Source: Arcobacteraceae bacterium (GTDB taxonomy: Bacteria > Campylobacterota > Campylobacteria > Campylobacterales > Arcobacteraceae). Taken from it: DNA of 64,000 bases. Positions within the stretch are counted from its first letter, which is position 1. Each line of letters opens with the position of its first letter. Below the pieces are notes generated by a model that was given only the letters and a program-made list of their open reading frames with translations, was not told the origin of the DNA and ran no database searches. Positions 11,212 through 22,220 of the stretch are shown one piece after another. A program made the translations under genes and the position numbers. The stretch covers positions 1,824,001 through 1,888,000 of the forward strand of contig OY759974.1 in assembly GCA_963662945.1 (NCBI GenBank), read 5' to 3'.

Positions 11212-12420
11212 ATGGAATTAAAAATTAAAGAAGCACTTGGAGAGATTTCAAGAGGTTCAGAAGAAATTATTGATAATGAAAGATTAGAACAACTTTTAAA
11301 AAACTATTTTGAAAATGGTGAAAACTATTATGTAAAGGCAGGTTTTGATCCAACTGCTCCTGATTTACATTTAGGACATACTGTATTATTACAAAAGTTA
11401 GCAACATTTCAAAAATATGGGGCTATAGTTCAATTTTTAATTGGGGATTTTACAGCAAGTATTGGGGATCCAACAGGAAAAAGTGTAACAAGAAAAATAT
11501 TAAGTAAAGATGATGTTTTAAAAAATGCACAAAGTTATAAAGAACAAGTGTTTAAAATCCTTGACGAGTCTAAAACTCAAGTTGTGTTTAACAGTACTTG
11601 GCTTAATGATTTAGGAGCAGCTGGTATAATACACTTAGCCTCAAATTTAACAGTTGCTAGAATGTTAGAAAGAGATGATTTTAGTAAAAGATATGCTTCA
11701 AACTCGCCTATAGCAGTAAGTGAATTTACCTATCCTTTATTACAAGGTTATGATAGTGTTCATTTGAAATCTGATGTTGAGGTAGGTGGTACCGATCAAA
11801 AATTTAATCTTTTGATGGGAAGACAGCTTCAAAAAGCATATAATATTAAAAAACAACAAGTTGTATTGATGATGCCTATTTTAGAGGGGCTTGATGGTGT
11901 ACAAAAGATGTCAAAATCACTTGGTAATTACATTGGAGTAACTGATGAACCAAATGATATGTTTGGAAAAGTATTAAGTATTTCAGATGAATTGATGTGG
12001 AGATATTATGAATTATTATCTTCAAAAAGCTTAAAAGAGATTGCTCAATTAAAAAGTGATGTAGAGAGTAAAATAGTACATCCAAAAAAAGCGAAAGATC
12101 TTTTAGCGATAGAAATAGTAGATAGATTTCATGGAAATGGCGCTGGTCAATTAGCAGCAGATGAATTTACAAAAATATTTGCTAAAAAAGATATACCGAC
12201 AGATATGAAAGAATATGTTTTAGATAGTGGCATTGGTATTTTGCAAGCATTAGTAGAGTGTGAATTAGTTCCATCAACTTCACAAGCAAGAAGAGATATT
12301 AAAGCAGGTGCTGTAAAACTTGATCAACAAAAAGTTGATGATGATACAATGATTTTAGAAAATAAAGAATACATATTGCAAAAGGGTAAGAAGAATTTTG
12401 CAAAAATTACGATAAAATAG
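11212..12420 (+). CDS. tyrS: Tyrosine--tRNA ligase
   Basis: [27 protein letters not shown]4-like C-terminus. Confidence 0.97.
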   Translation: MELKIKEALGEISRGSEEIIDNERLEQLLKNYFENGENYYVKAGFDPTAPDLHLGHTVLLQKLATFQKYGAIVQFLIGDFTASIGDPTGKSVTRKILSKDDVLKNAQSYKEQVFKILDESKTQVVFNSTWLNDLGAAGIIHLASNLTVARMLERDDFSKRYASNSPIAVSEFTYPLLQGYDSVHLKSDVEVGGTDQKFNLLMGRQLQKAYNIKKQQVVLMMPILEGLDGVQKMSKSLGNYIGVTDEPNDMFGKVLSISDELMWRYYELLSSKSLKEIAQLKSDVESKIVHPKKAKDLLAIEIVDRFHGNGAGQLAADEFTKIFAKKDIPTDMKEYVLDSGIGILQALVECELVPSTSQARRDIKAGAVKLDQQKVDDDTMILENKEYILQKGKKNFAKITIK

Positions 12421-12457
12421 ATATTAGTTTAGTAGAAAATTAGAATAAGGGTAACGA

Positions 12458-13531
12458 ATGAGAATAGGAAAGTATGAGATTGAAAAACCAATTATACAAG
12501 GCGGAATGGGTGTCGGTATAAGTTGGGACCAATTAGCTGGAAATGTATCACTTGAAGGTGGATTAGGTGTTATAAGTGCAGTTGGTACAGGATATTATCA
12601 AGATAAAAAATTTTCAAAAAAGAACGTTCAAGATAAACCTTATTCAGAAGAAAACTTTTATTCAAAAGATGCATTAGTAGAAATTTTTAAAAATGCTAGA
12701 AAAATTTGTGGAGATAAACCTCTTGCTGCAAATATATTGTATGCACAAAGTGATTATGGTAGAGTTGTTCATGATGCTTGTGAAGCGGGAGCAAATATTA
12801 TTATTACAGGAGCTGGAATTCCTACAAATATGCCAGAGTTTACAAAAGATTATCCAGATGTTGCACTTGTTCCAATTGTAAGTTCTGCACGTGCTTTAAA
12901 ATTGATTTGTAAAAAATGGAAAAGATATGGTAGATTACCAGATGCTGTTATTGTTGAAGGTCCATTAAGTGGTGGACATCAAGGTTTTAAATATGATGAT
13001 TGTTTTAAAGAAGAATTTCAATTAGAAAATATTGTTCCTCCTGTAATTGAAGAAGCAAAAAATTGGGGAAATATGCCAATTATTGCAGCTGGTGGAGTGT
13101 GGAATAAACAAGATATAGATAAGTTTTTAGATATGGGATGTGCTGGTGTTCAAATGGGTACTAGATTTATAGGAACTTATGAATGTGATGCAAGTGATGC
13201 TTTAAAAAATGTTATTATAAATGCTGAAGAAAAAGATATAAAACTTTTAAAATCACCAGTTGGATTACCAGCAAGAGGAGTTATTACTAATCTTCAAAAA
13301 GCAATTGAAACTGGAACTGCACCGAAAGTTGCATGTATAAGCAATTGTGTTGCTCCTTGTCATCGAGGTGAAGAAGCAAAAGCTGTTGGATACTGTATTG
13401 CTGATAGATTGAGTGATGCTTATCTTGGAAAAGTTGATACAGGATTATTTTTTACAGGTTCAAATGGATATAGAATAAAAGAGTTAATAAGTGTTAAAGA
13501 ATTGATGGATAAATTAACTAACGGCGAGTGA
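12458..13531 (+). CDS. fabX: Nitronate monooxygenase-family flavoprotein, FabX-like (unsaturated fatty acid synthesis)
   Basis: PIIQGGMG, EGPLSGGH, CISNCVAPC..C Fe-S motif; tyrS-fabX-amiA order as in Helicobacter. Confidence 0.8.
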   Translation: MRIGKYEIEKPIIQGGMGVGISWDQLAGNVSLEGGLGVISAVGTGYYQDKKFSKKNVQDKPYSEENFYSKDALVEIFKNARKICGDKPLAANILYAQSDYGRVVHDACEAGANIIITGAGIPTNMPEFTKDYPDVALVPIVSSARALKLICKKWKRYGRLPDAVIVEGPLSGGHQGFKYDDCFKEEFQLENIVPPVIEEAKNWGNMPIIAAGGVWNKQDIDKFLDMGCAGVQMGTRFIGTYECDASDALKNVIINAEEKDIKLLKSPVGLPARGVITNLQKAIETGTAPKVACISNCVAPCHRGEEAKAVGYCIADRLSDAYLGKVDTGLFFTGSNGYRIKELISVKELMDKLTNGE

Positions 13532-13532
13532 T

Positions 13533-14879
13533 TTGAAACAATTAATTAAATTTTTTTTAATTGTTATACTAATATCTCAATATTCTTTTGCTTTGACAAA
13601 GGAGTATTACAAAGATAAATATGATACAACTAAAAGGTTGTATTTAGGTGCTATTATGTCAAATGATAGAGCTAAAGAGATTGAATATTTAAAGAAACTC
13701 ATACGTTATGCAGATAAACTGAATATTGATACTTTAAAGTATCAAAAAGAGCTCAATCGAATCGATACAACTACAATAATACAAAATAAAGTACAAACAA
13801 AATCTTACTTAAAACCACAAGTATTAAAATCCAAATATACTATTAAATCTGTTGTACAAGACACAGAGAGTATAACAATAAATTTTTATGATGATATAGA
13901 CAAATCTTTTATTGATTTTGACGAGAGAAAAGACAACAAATATTTTTATGATGAATTTAATATAAAAGGTAATTTTAAAGATGCAAAACCAACAAAGCTT
14001 TTTATAAAAGGGGTTAGCAAAATAACAATATACCAGCATAGTGATGATATTTTAAGAATATCATTGCGAAATCAAACAAATTTAAAAACCATTTATATAA
14101 TAGGAAAAAAAAGTATTATTATAAAAGTTTTAGATTTAAATAAAAAACCTATTAAAAATAGTGTACAAATGCTTCCTCAAGATATGTTTTTCCCATCTGC
14201 AAAAACAATTGTTATTGATGCTGGTCATGGAGGTAAAGATTCTGGTGCTGTAGGCCCTGGAAAGAACTATGAAAAACATGTGGTTTTTGCAATAAGCAAA
14301 TATTTAAAAAAAGAATTAGAAAAAATGGGCTTTAAAGTATATCTTACAAGAGCAAGGGATAAATTTGTAGAACTAAGTGATAGAACACATTTTGCTAATA
14401 CTAAAAATGCAGATATTTTTATTTCACTTCATGCTAATGCTGTTCCAAGATCAAAAGCAAAAGAAGCTCATGGTATAGAAACATATTTTTTAAGTCCTGC
14501 AAGAAGCGCTAGAGCGAAAAGGGTTGCAGCTTTAGAAAATAAGGGTGATATGGATAAAATGAGTTTAGGAAGTAAAGATTCTCTTTTAACTATCTTAAAT
14601 CAGTCAAAAATAACAGCTTCAAATAAAATTGCAATTGATGTGCAAAGAAATATGCTTTATACTTTAAGAGGTATATATGGAAAAAGTAATATAAAAGATG
14701 GCGGAGTTCGAGAAGGACCATTTTGGGTACTTGTAGGAGCTCAAATGCCATCTATATTAATTGAAGTAGGTTATATTTCACATCCAAAAGAGGGAAGACG
14801 AATTAAAACAACAAGTTACCAAAAAAATATTGCAATTGGTATTGCCCAAGGTGTGAAAAGTTATTTTATAAAAAATTAA
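13533..14879 (+). CDS. amiA: N-acetylmuramoyl-L-alanine amidase
   Basis: IDAGHGGKDSGA, FISLHANA, PSILIEVGY. Confidence 0.92.
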   Translation: MKQLIKFFLIVILISQYSFALTKEYYKDKYDTTKRLYLGAIMSNDRAKEIEYLKKLIRYADKLNIDTLKYQKELNRIDTTTIIQNKVQTKSYLKPQVLKSKYTIKSVVQDTESITINFYDDIDKSFIDFDERKDNKYFYDEFNIKGNFKDAKPTKLFIKGVSKITIYQHSDDILRISLRNQTNLKTIYIIGKKSIIIKVLDLNKKPIKNSVQMLPQDMFFPSAKTIVIDAGHGGKDSGAVGPGKNYEKHVVFAISKYLKKELEKMGFKVYLTRARDKFVELSDRTHFANTKNADIFISLHANAVPRSKAKEAHGIETYFLSPARSARAKRVAALENKGDMDKMSLGSKDSLLTILNQSKITASNKIAIDVQRNMLYTLRGIYGKSNIKDGGVREGPFWVLVGAQMPSILIEVGYISHPKEGRRIKTTSYQKNIAIGIAQGVKSYFIKN

Positions 14880-16456
14880 TCTATTGAAACAGTCACTTCA
14901 TCCATTTGTTCAGGAAGTAAATTATTGTTTGCATATTTTAAATAGAGTTTTTTATCAATAAAGAATTTTACTAAATCTTTGTCTAATTCTCCATCTTTTA
15001 CCATAAAAGACATTATTTTAAGTGATTGGTTTAATGTATTGGCATTTTTGTAAGGTCTATCTGAAGCAGTAAGTGCTTCAAATATATCTGCAATAGCTAG
15101 TATTCTTGCTTCAAAGGTAATCTCATCCCCTTTAAGTCCTAAAGGATAACCTTGTCCATTGATTTTTTCATGATGTCCACTTGCAATCTCTGGTACACGC
15201 TGTAATCTTTTAGGAAATGGTAGAGAATTTAGAATTTCATAACTTAATCTCGCATGATTATTGATGATATGTCGTTCATCATTCGTTAAAGTTCCTTTTG
15301 CTATACATAAATTATCAATTTCATTTTGAGTTAAAATATTTTGTTTTATATTGTTTATGGTAATTTGATACTGAGCTATTTTATGAACTCTTTGAATATC
15401 CTCATCACTCATAAATTCTGACCCTTTATTTGCCATTTGTATAAATAATAAATCTTCTTGAATCTGTTTTATTGTGTCATTAAATTCTTTTTCTATAGAT
15501 TCATTATTTTTATTTTGAATGAGTTTATTTAAATATTCTATTTCTATTTCTTTTTTTAATAGCTCAAATTTTACTTCAACAGTATGTATTCTATCATATA
15601 TGGTTTCTAATTTTGTTGATTTATCAACAACATGGTCTGGAGTAGTTATTTTTCCAACATCATGCATCCACGCAGCAACATCAATCTCTTTTAATTGGTA
15701 TTCATCAAAAAACTTCTCTCTATAAAGACCTTCATTATCTTCATTGACTGCTTGTGCAATATCCAAAGCAATCTCTGAAACTCTATTAATATGCCCTTGG
15801 GTATATTTTGACTTTTCCCCAATAGCTGTTGCAATAGCTTGAATAAAAGAATCTAAAAGATTTTCTAAATCTCGTACTAATCTTTGTTGCGTTATAGACA
15901 TTGCAGCTTGTGATGACATAGAAAGAATTAAATCTTCATCATCTTTTGTAAAAGCTACACTTTTTTCATCTTTGTTTTGTTTGTTAATAAGTTGTACAAC
16001 GCCAATAATATCTCCATCATAATTTTTCATAGGAACAACTAGCATTGATTTTGTTCTATAGCCAGTTGCAGCATCAAAAGCTTTAGGGCCTTCAAAGTTG
16101 AATTCTTCTGATTTATAAACATCTTCTATATTAATTAGTTTATCATTAAGTGCACAACTTACTGATATATTAATATCATTTTGAGAACCATCTTCTTTAT
16201 ATAAAGGAAGATTTGGCCAAGGTATAGTTCCCTCTGCACTAGAGAGACTTATATTTAACGAATCTGTTTGAACTGCTGTAAATTTTAAAGATTTGTTATC
16301 ATCACATAAAAGATAAAATGTTCCCGCATCTGCATTTGTTATTTTTTTAGCAGCAGTAAGAATTTTTTGCATTATTAAATGCAAGTTCTTTTCAGTAGAT
16401 AGGAGATATCCTATTTCATTTAACAAGTGTATATAATTATTTTCTTGGCTATCCAT
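14876..16456 (-). CDS. GAF + HD-GYP cyclic-dinucleotide phosphodiesterase
   Basis: GAF with NKQ..F..DDE motif; WMHDVGK; HHEKINGQGYP; ADIFEALT. Confidence 0.9.
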   Translation of the reverse strand: MDSQENNYIHLLNEIGYLLSTEKNLHLIMQKILTAAKKITNADAGTFYLLCDDNKSLKFTAVQTDSLNISLSSAEGTIPWPNLPLYKEDGSQNDINISVSCALNDKLINIEDVYKSEEFNFEGPKAFDAATGYRTKSMLVVPMKNYDGDIIGVVQLINKQNKDEKSVAFTKDDEDLILSMSSQAAMSITQQRLVRDLENLLDSFIQAIATAIGEKSKYTQGHINRVSEIALDIAQAVNEDNEGLYREKFFDEYQLKEIDVAAWMHDVGKITTPDHVVDKSTKLETIYDRIHTVEVKFELLKKEIEIEYLNKLIQNKNNESIEKEFNDTIKQIQEDLLFIQMANKGSEFMSDEDIQRVHKIAQYQITINNIKQNILTQNEIDNLCIAKGTLTNDERHIINNHARLSYEILNSLPFPKRLQRVPEIASGHHEKINGQGYPLGLKGDEITFEARILAIADIFEALTASDRPYKNANTLNQSLKIMSFMVKDGELDKDLVKFFIDKKLYLKYANNNLLPEQMDEVTVSID

Positions 16457-16485
16457 GAGTTATTATACCTAAAAAAATCATAAGA

Positions 16486-18732
16486 TTACCCTTTTGTAGT
16501 ATGAACAAAAACACCATTAAAGTTTTTTGGTGGTTCTTCTATATAATGTTCACACCTTTCAATGTAAATTCTGTAAATATTTTTATTGGTTTTATCTTCC
16601 CAATTATTAAGTGTGGTAAATATTTCCAAAGCTTCCTTAAAATTACTTTTTTTATATAATTCTACAGCATGGTGATAAAGTTCTAATTCTTCATTGAGTC
16701 TCTCTTTGGAAACCTTATATAATTTGTGCATAGATTCATCTCTATTATAATCTATGATTTGCCAAATTTCAATAGGTTCTTTTTTCCCTTTTACAGTTAC
16801 TAAATCTAAAAATCTAAAAATATATTCATCTTGAGGCAATCTTTCTTTTGTAAAATTAGAAATATTACATTTTGAGTTATAAAATTTACAAAGTGACTCA
16901 AGTCTTGCTCCAAGATTAATAGGATCACCAATTACTGTATAGTCACTTCTTTGACTACTTCCCATTTCTCCAGCGATAACTTCACCAGTATTAAGACCAA
17001 TTCCAATATCTACAATTGGTATATTAAGTTCTTTTGACATTTGAACTACAGCTTTAAATCTCTCATCAGCTTCGAGTTTTTTATTGAGTGTATCTAAATA
17101 GTGTAGTTGTTCTAACGTAGCATTCACGGCTCGTTGTGGATGATCTGGTACATCTCCTGGTGCATTCCAATATGCCATAATAGCATCACCTATAAATTTA
17201 TCAATTGTACCATGTTGATTAATGATGATATCTGTCATAGGATCCATATATTCATTCATAAATTCAATAAGAATTTTTGCATTAGGCATTGCTTCTGAGA
17301 TATTTGTAAAACCTCTTACATCACTAAAAAATACCGTTACTTCTCTTGTATTTGCTGCAAAAGAGGTATCTTCAGGATTAGCAAGAAGTGATTCCATAAC
17401 CTCTTTAGATACTTTTGAAGCAAATTTATTTTTAATAGCTTTTGTTTGTTTTTGTTCAAGAAAATAGTTCAATGTTATAGCACTAATACTTGTTAATATA
17501 ATTGTTAAAATAGGAAATAAAATATTTAGAATCAAACCATAAGTAAATAAAGATACAAATATAAGATAAATATCTAACATAGTTACAATAGCAATAATCG
17601 TTAATGCAATAGACAAAGGTAAATAAGCTATTAACATAATGATAATAAAACCTAGTAAAAATATATGTAAAATATTGAGACCATCAACCCAAGAAGGTTT
17701 AGAGATAAAATCTTTTGTTAAAATATTATCTATAATATTTGCATGTACTTCAACCCCAGGGTAAACAGATTCAAAAGGTGTAGCTCGCAAGTCTAACAGT
17801 CCAGCAGCACTTGTACCAATAATAGCTATTTTCCCTTCAATATCTTTTTTATTAAAATTATTATTGAGTATATCTACAGCAGAGATATATTGAAAACTTT
17901 TAGCACCACCTCTAAAATTTACAATTGATCTTCCATATCTATCCGTTGGAATAATAAAATCTCCAAGTTGAATATTAATAACACCATTTTCATCATAGTT
18001 GATAAAAACTTTTTTAATATCCGAAATAACTCGAATAATTTCTAGTGCTAATGATGGATATATTTGTTCATTGTATTTTATAATTAAAGGGACACTTCGT
18101 ACTACACCAGACTCATCAGGAACATTATTGAAAAATCCACTAGAATAAGAACTTTGTTGAATGATTGGCAAGTTTAAAATGGTTCCAAAAGCATTGATTA
18201 CTAAATCTTTATTATATTCAGTTAGATTTTTTTCTATGAAAATTGCAGGTATATCAGGTGTTCTTTGTTCTGCAAAATCATCACGCGAAAGTTGAAATTG
18301 ATATCCCAAAATAGTAGGTGTTTGTGAAATAATTGAAGCAAAATATTTGTCGTTATCTGGTATCTCTTTAGTTGTGGAAATATGATATTTTTCTATTATT
18401 TTTGTAGGATTAGTTCTATCTTCTTCTGCAAAAACAATATCAAATCCAACCAGTCCAACGCCTGCGTTTGTGAGATTGATTAATAAATCAGAAACTGTAT
18501 CTCTACTCCAAGGCCATTGTCCAACTTCTTTTAATGATTTATTATCTAAATCGATAATAACGATATTTTTACTATCTTCAACTTCTCCTCTTAAAATAAA
18601 CATATAATCTCTTAATCTATTATCAAAAGAGTTTAATGTTTTGGGAATATAAGTATAAAAATAAAACAAAACTACAAAAGTAGAAAGAGCTAGTAAAAAG
18701 TAAAAAAGAAACTTTTTAAAATGCTTATTCAT
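16486..18732 (-). CDS. CHASE2-domain class III adenylate cyclase
   Basis: CHASE2 (GQWPWSR, PGVEVHAN), 3 TMs, FSDVRGFT, DKFIGDAIM, DYTVIGDPINLGARLE. Confidence 0.9.
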   Translation of the reverse strand: MNKHFKKFLFYFLLALSTFVVLFYFYTYIPKTLNSFDNRLRDYMFILRGEVEDSKNIVIIDLDNKSLKEVGQWPWSRDTVSDLLINLTNAGVGLVGFDIVFAEEDRTNPTKIIEKYHISTTKEIPDNDKYFASIISQTPTILGYQFQLSRDDFAEQRTPDIPAIFIEKNLTEYNKDLVINAFGTILNLPIIQQSSYSSGFFNNVPDESGVVRSVPLIIKYNEQIYPSLALEIIRVISDIKKVFINYDENGVINIQLGDFIIPTDRYGRSIVNFRGGAKSFQYISAVDILNNNFNKKDIEGKIAIIGTSAAGLLDLRATPFESVYPGVEVHANIIDNILTKDFISKPSWVDGLNILHIFLLGFIIIMLIAYLPLSIALTIIAIVTMLDIYLIFVSLFTYGLILNILFPILTIILTSISAITLNYFLEQKQTKAIKNKFASKVSKEVMESLLANPEDTSFAANTREVTVFFSDVRGFTNISEAMPNAKILIEFMNEYMDPMTDIIINQHGTIDKFIGDAIMAYWNAPGDVPDHPQRAVNATLEQLHYLDTLNKKLEADERFKAVVQMSKELNIPIVDIGIGLNTGEVIAGEMGSSQRSDYTVIGDPINLGARLESLCKFYNSKCNISNFTKERLPQDEYIFRFLDLVTVKGKKEPIEIWQIIDYNRDESMHKLYKVSKERLNEELELYHHAVELYKKSNFKEALEIFTTLNNWEDKTNKNIYRIYIERCEHYIEEPPKNFNGVFVHTTKG

Positions 18733-18735
18733 AAA

Positions 18736-19542
18736 TTAATACCTAATACAATCGTTTGTTTTTAAAATCGTACCATCATTAAGTAAAAGTTTTAAGGTAT
18801 CTATTTCATCTGTTATTTCTTGTAGATAAAAAGGTTTTAGATGAGATAAGTGTAAAGTTATATCTTTTCTTGTAAGTTTTGTAAGTTCTTTTTGTAATAA
18901 ACTCGGTGTAAGATGTTTACTGTCAAATGCTAATTTTTCCATTCTTGAGGGAAAAGAAACATCGATAATAACAGTTGAAATCTTATGATTTGTATTAATA
19001 TTTTCCCAAATAGTATCACAACAGTATGTATCTGAAGTAAATAATAAAGCATGATCATTTTTTTGTATAATATAGCCATTACTAGATTTTGTATGATTGT
19101 TTTCTATAGCAGTTATTGTTATATTATCTATTATAAATGGTGTATTAAGTTCTATTGGAATTAATTCTATAGCATTACAATTTGAGTTAATTAGTGGTAT
19201 TTGGGTAAAGTCAGGCCAGATTTCCCAGTTTAATAGATGATTATGTATATGTTCTAAATTTTCTTTTCTTCCATATATTTTGAGTGGTTTTTTTCTAAGT
19301 TCGAAAGTATTATCAATAAGAAATGCAATATCAATAATATGATCAAGATGAGAATGTGTTATGAGAATATGATCAATTTCAACAACAATATCATGTTGTT
19401 CATTGGTTAAATTTCCAGCATCTATAACGATATTTTTTGAAACTTGTAAAGAGGTTAAGTCTGTATTATGTGATTTTCCACCATTGGCACCTAATACTTT
19501 TATAAAGTTATTTTCGTTATTGGAAAATGATAGGTTGGCCAT
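18736..19542 (-). CDS. Metallo-beta-lactamase-fold (class II-like) cyclic nucleotide phosphodiesterase
   Basis: IDAG, THSHLDH, NWEIWPDF, SKHLTP, HLKP. Confidence 0.8.
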   Translation of the reverse strand: MANLSFSNNENNFIKVLGANGGKSHNTDLTSLQVSKNIVIDAGNLTNEQHDIVVEIDHILITHSHLDHIIDIAFLIDNTFELRKKPLKIYGRKENLEHIHNHLLNWEIWPDFTQIPLINSNCNAIELIPIELNTPFIIDNITITAIENNHTKSSNGYIIQKNDHALLFTSDTYCCDTIWENINTNHKISTVIIDVSFPSRMEKLAFDSKHLTPSLLQKELTKLTRKDITLHLSHLKPFYLQEITDEIDTLKLLLNDGTILKTNDCIRY

Positions 19543-19545
19543 TCT

Positions 19546-19974
19546 TTACCCCTTTTGTAAATATTTTATAACATCCTGTATTAATTTACTTTGTTTTTTC
19601 TTGATATTTGGTAATTTTGTAATATCAAAAAACTGTGCATCACTGTTTTCCCATGAAAGATATTTTTTTTGTAATTTGTCATCTGTAAAATATTTTTCAA
19701 TATCTTTTATATTATTGTAATTTACTAGATAAATAGCAATATCTTTTTGCTTATTTTTTTGTTCGAAATATTTTTCTAAATATTTTTTTTCAACAGTTAT
19801 CGATGATTCTTCTTTGAACTCTCTAATAGCTGTTTGAAAATCTGCTTCACCTTTATCTTGAACACCTTTTAAAAATCCCCAACGATTTTTACTTGACACA
19901 GATTTACATAATAGTATTTTAATACTATTTTTGTTCACTTTATAAAGTGAAATACCATAAGCTTTTATTTTCAT
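19546..19974 (-). CDS. NUDIX hydrolase
   Basis: Nudix box KGVQDKGEADFQTAIREFKEES. Confidence 0.85.
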   Translation of the reverse strand: MKIKAYGISLYKVNKNSIKILLCKSVSSKNRWGFLKGVQDKGEADFQTAIREFKEESSITVEKKYLEKYFEQKNKQKDIAIYLVNYNNIKDIEKYFTDDKLQKKYLSWENSDAQFFDITKLPNIKKKQSKLIQDVIKYLQKG

Positions 19975-21039
19975 TTAAATAACTTTTTTATTGTAAATAT
20001 AATAGGTTACAATAAATAATATAACCAATGGCATTATTATAGCAAGTTCTCCTAAAACTATGCCTCCAAATGCTAATTTTTGAAGTAAAAATAATACTCC
20101 CCAAGTTATTAATGTCGTAAAAATAGTAATAGAAGTAAAACCTGCTGTATTAAAAAATCTACTACTAGGATTTGTGAATAAAAAGATAATAATTATTAAT
20201 GGTATAACAAAAAAAGGCATAAATATTTGTGAATATAAAATTGTTTTTATTTTGTTTGTGTTGAAGTCTTGATCTTCTAATAATAATATTGTTCGAACAG
20301 CATCAATAATTGAAAATTGGGTTTCCCCTTTATATACATTATTAATAATTTTAGGTTCAAATCCTTCTAGTGTATATAAAAATTTTTCATTTGTTATAGT
20401 AAGTTTAGAATCATTCCAATCTATTACTTCTGGTTTTTTTGTAATTTTGGTATCAATAACATACCATCTATTGTTTTGAAAGTAAGCTTTTTTTGCTACG
20501 ATAATTTCTACAATATCATGATTTTTAGTTTTAAAAATATGAATATCTTCAGCTTTTTTTTCTAAAGGATAAAGCTTTTTAAAATAGATAAAGTAATCAT
20601 CGTATTTTAAAAATATGTTTGATTTTTCATTTACAAAATAACTGTTATCTAAAATTTTATTTTTATTTTCAACTGAATAAGCAAGAGGTGTTGCTTGTAA
20701 AACTATTAATATAAGTGTAATAAAAATTGAGATGAAAATAATAGGTCGTAAAACATCAGCTTTTGATATACTCAAAGAATAAAAACTTACTAGTTCATTA
20801 TTTTTAACTAATACAGTAATAGTAACAATCCATCCAAAAACCAATGAAAGGGGTAGGGTAATCGTAAATGTGAAAAAAGCATTGTATATTACATATAATA
20901 ATTGTAAGTTTGCAGATTTTGGAAGATCAGCTAAGTTTTGTAATAGATCGATTCCTACAAAGAAAAATTCTAAAGAGATCAAAATAATAAAAAAGTATTT
21001 TAAATATTTTAATAAAAGATATTTTGTAATTATTTTCAT
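19975..21039 (-). CDS. LptF/LptG family LPS export permease
   Basis: 3+3 TM layout, ITLPLSLVFG..NNELV motif, periplasmic beta domain. Confidence 0.85.
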   Translation of the reverse strand: MKIITKYLLLKYLKYFFIILISLEFFFVGIDLLQNLADLPKSANLQLLYVIYNAFFTFTITLPLSLVFGWIVTITVLVKNNELVSFYSLSISKADVLRPIIFISIFITLILIVLQATPLAYSVENKNKILDNSYFVNEKSNIFLKYDDYFIYFKKLYPLEKKAEDIHIFKTKNHDIVEIIVAKKAYFQNNRWYVIDTKITKKPEVIDWNDSKLTITNEKFLYTLEGFEPKIINNVYKGETQFSIIDAVRTILLLEDQDFNTNKIKTILYSQIFMPFFVIPLIIIIFLFTNPSSRFFNTAGFTSITIFTTLITWGVLFLLQKLAFGGIVLGELAIIMPLVILFIVTYYIYNKKVI

Positions 21040-21596
21040 ATATCAGCTTTAATTGTGTATTTTGATTTTACCTCTTCAAGTGATAAGCTCTGTAAAGACT
21101 CTATCGCTTTAATAGTATGAGGTATTATATCTTCTAATACTTTTAGTTCCTCTTTTGAAAAGTCAGATAAAACATAATTTGCTACATCTGATTTATGTTC
21201 AGGTTTTCCTATACCAATTCGTACTCTTATATAATCTTTTCCAATATGAGCATCAATAGAACGAAGTCCATTATGACCACCGTGACCACCACCCATTTTA
21301 AATTTTACTGTTCCAAATGGTAAGTCTAAATCATCGTGTACTATTATAATATTGCTATTTTCAATATTATAATACTCTACGATATTTATAATTGATGAAC
21401 CACTATCATTCATATAAGTTTGTGGTTTGGCATAAATATTTGTAAGATGTTTTTTCACTTCAGCTTTGAAGTTTTGATTTGTGATATTTGTAGTTTGTAG
21501 ATTTTTGGTTATCTCATCGATAACCAAAAAACCTATATTGTGTCGGTTAAGTTTATATTTATCACCTGGATTACCAAGTCCAGCGATTAAGTACAT
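21036..21596 (-). CDS. pth: Peptidyl-tRNA hydrolase
   Basis: GLGNPG, RHNIGF, KPQTYMN, HDDLDL, GGHNGLRS. Confidence 0.97.
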   Translation of the reverse strand: MYLIAGLGNPGDKYKLNRHNIGFLVIDEITKNLQTTNITNQNFKAEVKKHLTNIYAKPQTYMNDSGSSIINIVEYYNIENSNIIIVHDDLDLPFGTVKFKMGGGHGGHNGLRSIDAHIGKDYIRVRIGIGKPEHKSDVANYVLSDFSKEELKVLEDIIPHTIKAIESLQSLSLEEVKSKYTIKADI

Positions 21597-21614
21597 AACA
21601 ATCTAAACTTTAGA

Positions 21615-22151
21615 TTATTTAGCTTTGATTACACCAACAACTGGTACTCTTGGGTCTAAGAAACATTCAACACCTGTTGGTAATTCAATATCTCTTACAA
21701 GGTAGTTGTCACCTGTATCTAAATCTGTTACGTCAAATTTGAATTCTTGTGGTAAGTTTTCAATTGTACATTTAACTGCAACTCTATTTCTGTGGTATGC
21801 TAAAAGACCTTTGTTTTTAAGACCTTTTGGTGTTCCTACAGCTTTTACTGGAACCATGTATGTAGCTCTTACACCTGGTTGTGCAACCATTAAATCAACA
21901 TGTAATAATGCTGAAGTAATAGGGTGTTTTTGATACTCTTGAACAACAACTTTGTAAGTTGTTCCTGCAACATCTACATCAAATGCAACTGTTTCTTTGT
22001 TCTTTAAATATCTAACGTAATCATTTACTTTAAATGCAGCATTTACGTTTTCCATACCTTTTCCGTAAATGTTGGCAATTAGATAACCATCTCGTCTTAA
22101 CTGTTTTGTTGGTTGTTTTGCGATACTATCTCTAAGTATACCTTGTAACAT
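21615..22151 (-). CDS. rplY: 50S ribosomal protein L25/Ctc
   Basis: LRRDG..ANIYGK, QKHPI..LLHVD; upstream of pth. Confidence 0.95.
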   Translation of the reverse strand: MLQGILRDSIAKQPTKQLRRDGYLIANIYGKGMENVNAAFKVNDYVRYLKNKETVAFDVDVAGTTYKVVVQEYQKHPITSALLHVDLMVAQPGVRATYMVPVKAVGTPKGLKNKGLLAYHRNRVAVKCTIENLPQEFKFDVTDLDTGDNYLVRDIELPTGVECFLDPRVPVVGVIKAK

Positions 22152-22220
22152 TTTGTTTCCTTGTTTTAAATTGAACGCGAATTTTACCCAAAATTAATTT
22201 AAGTTTAGATTAAATTAATC

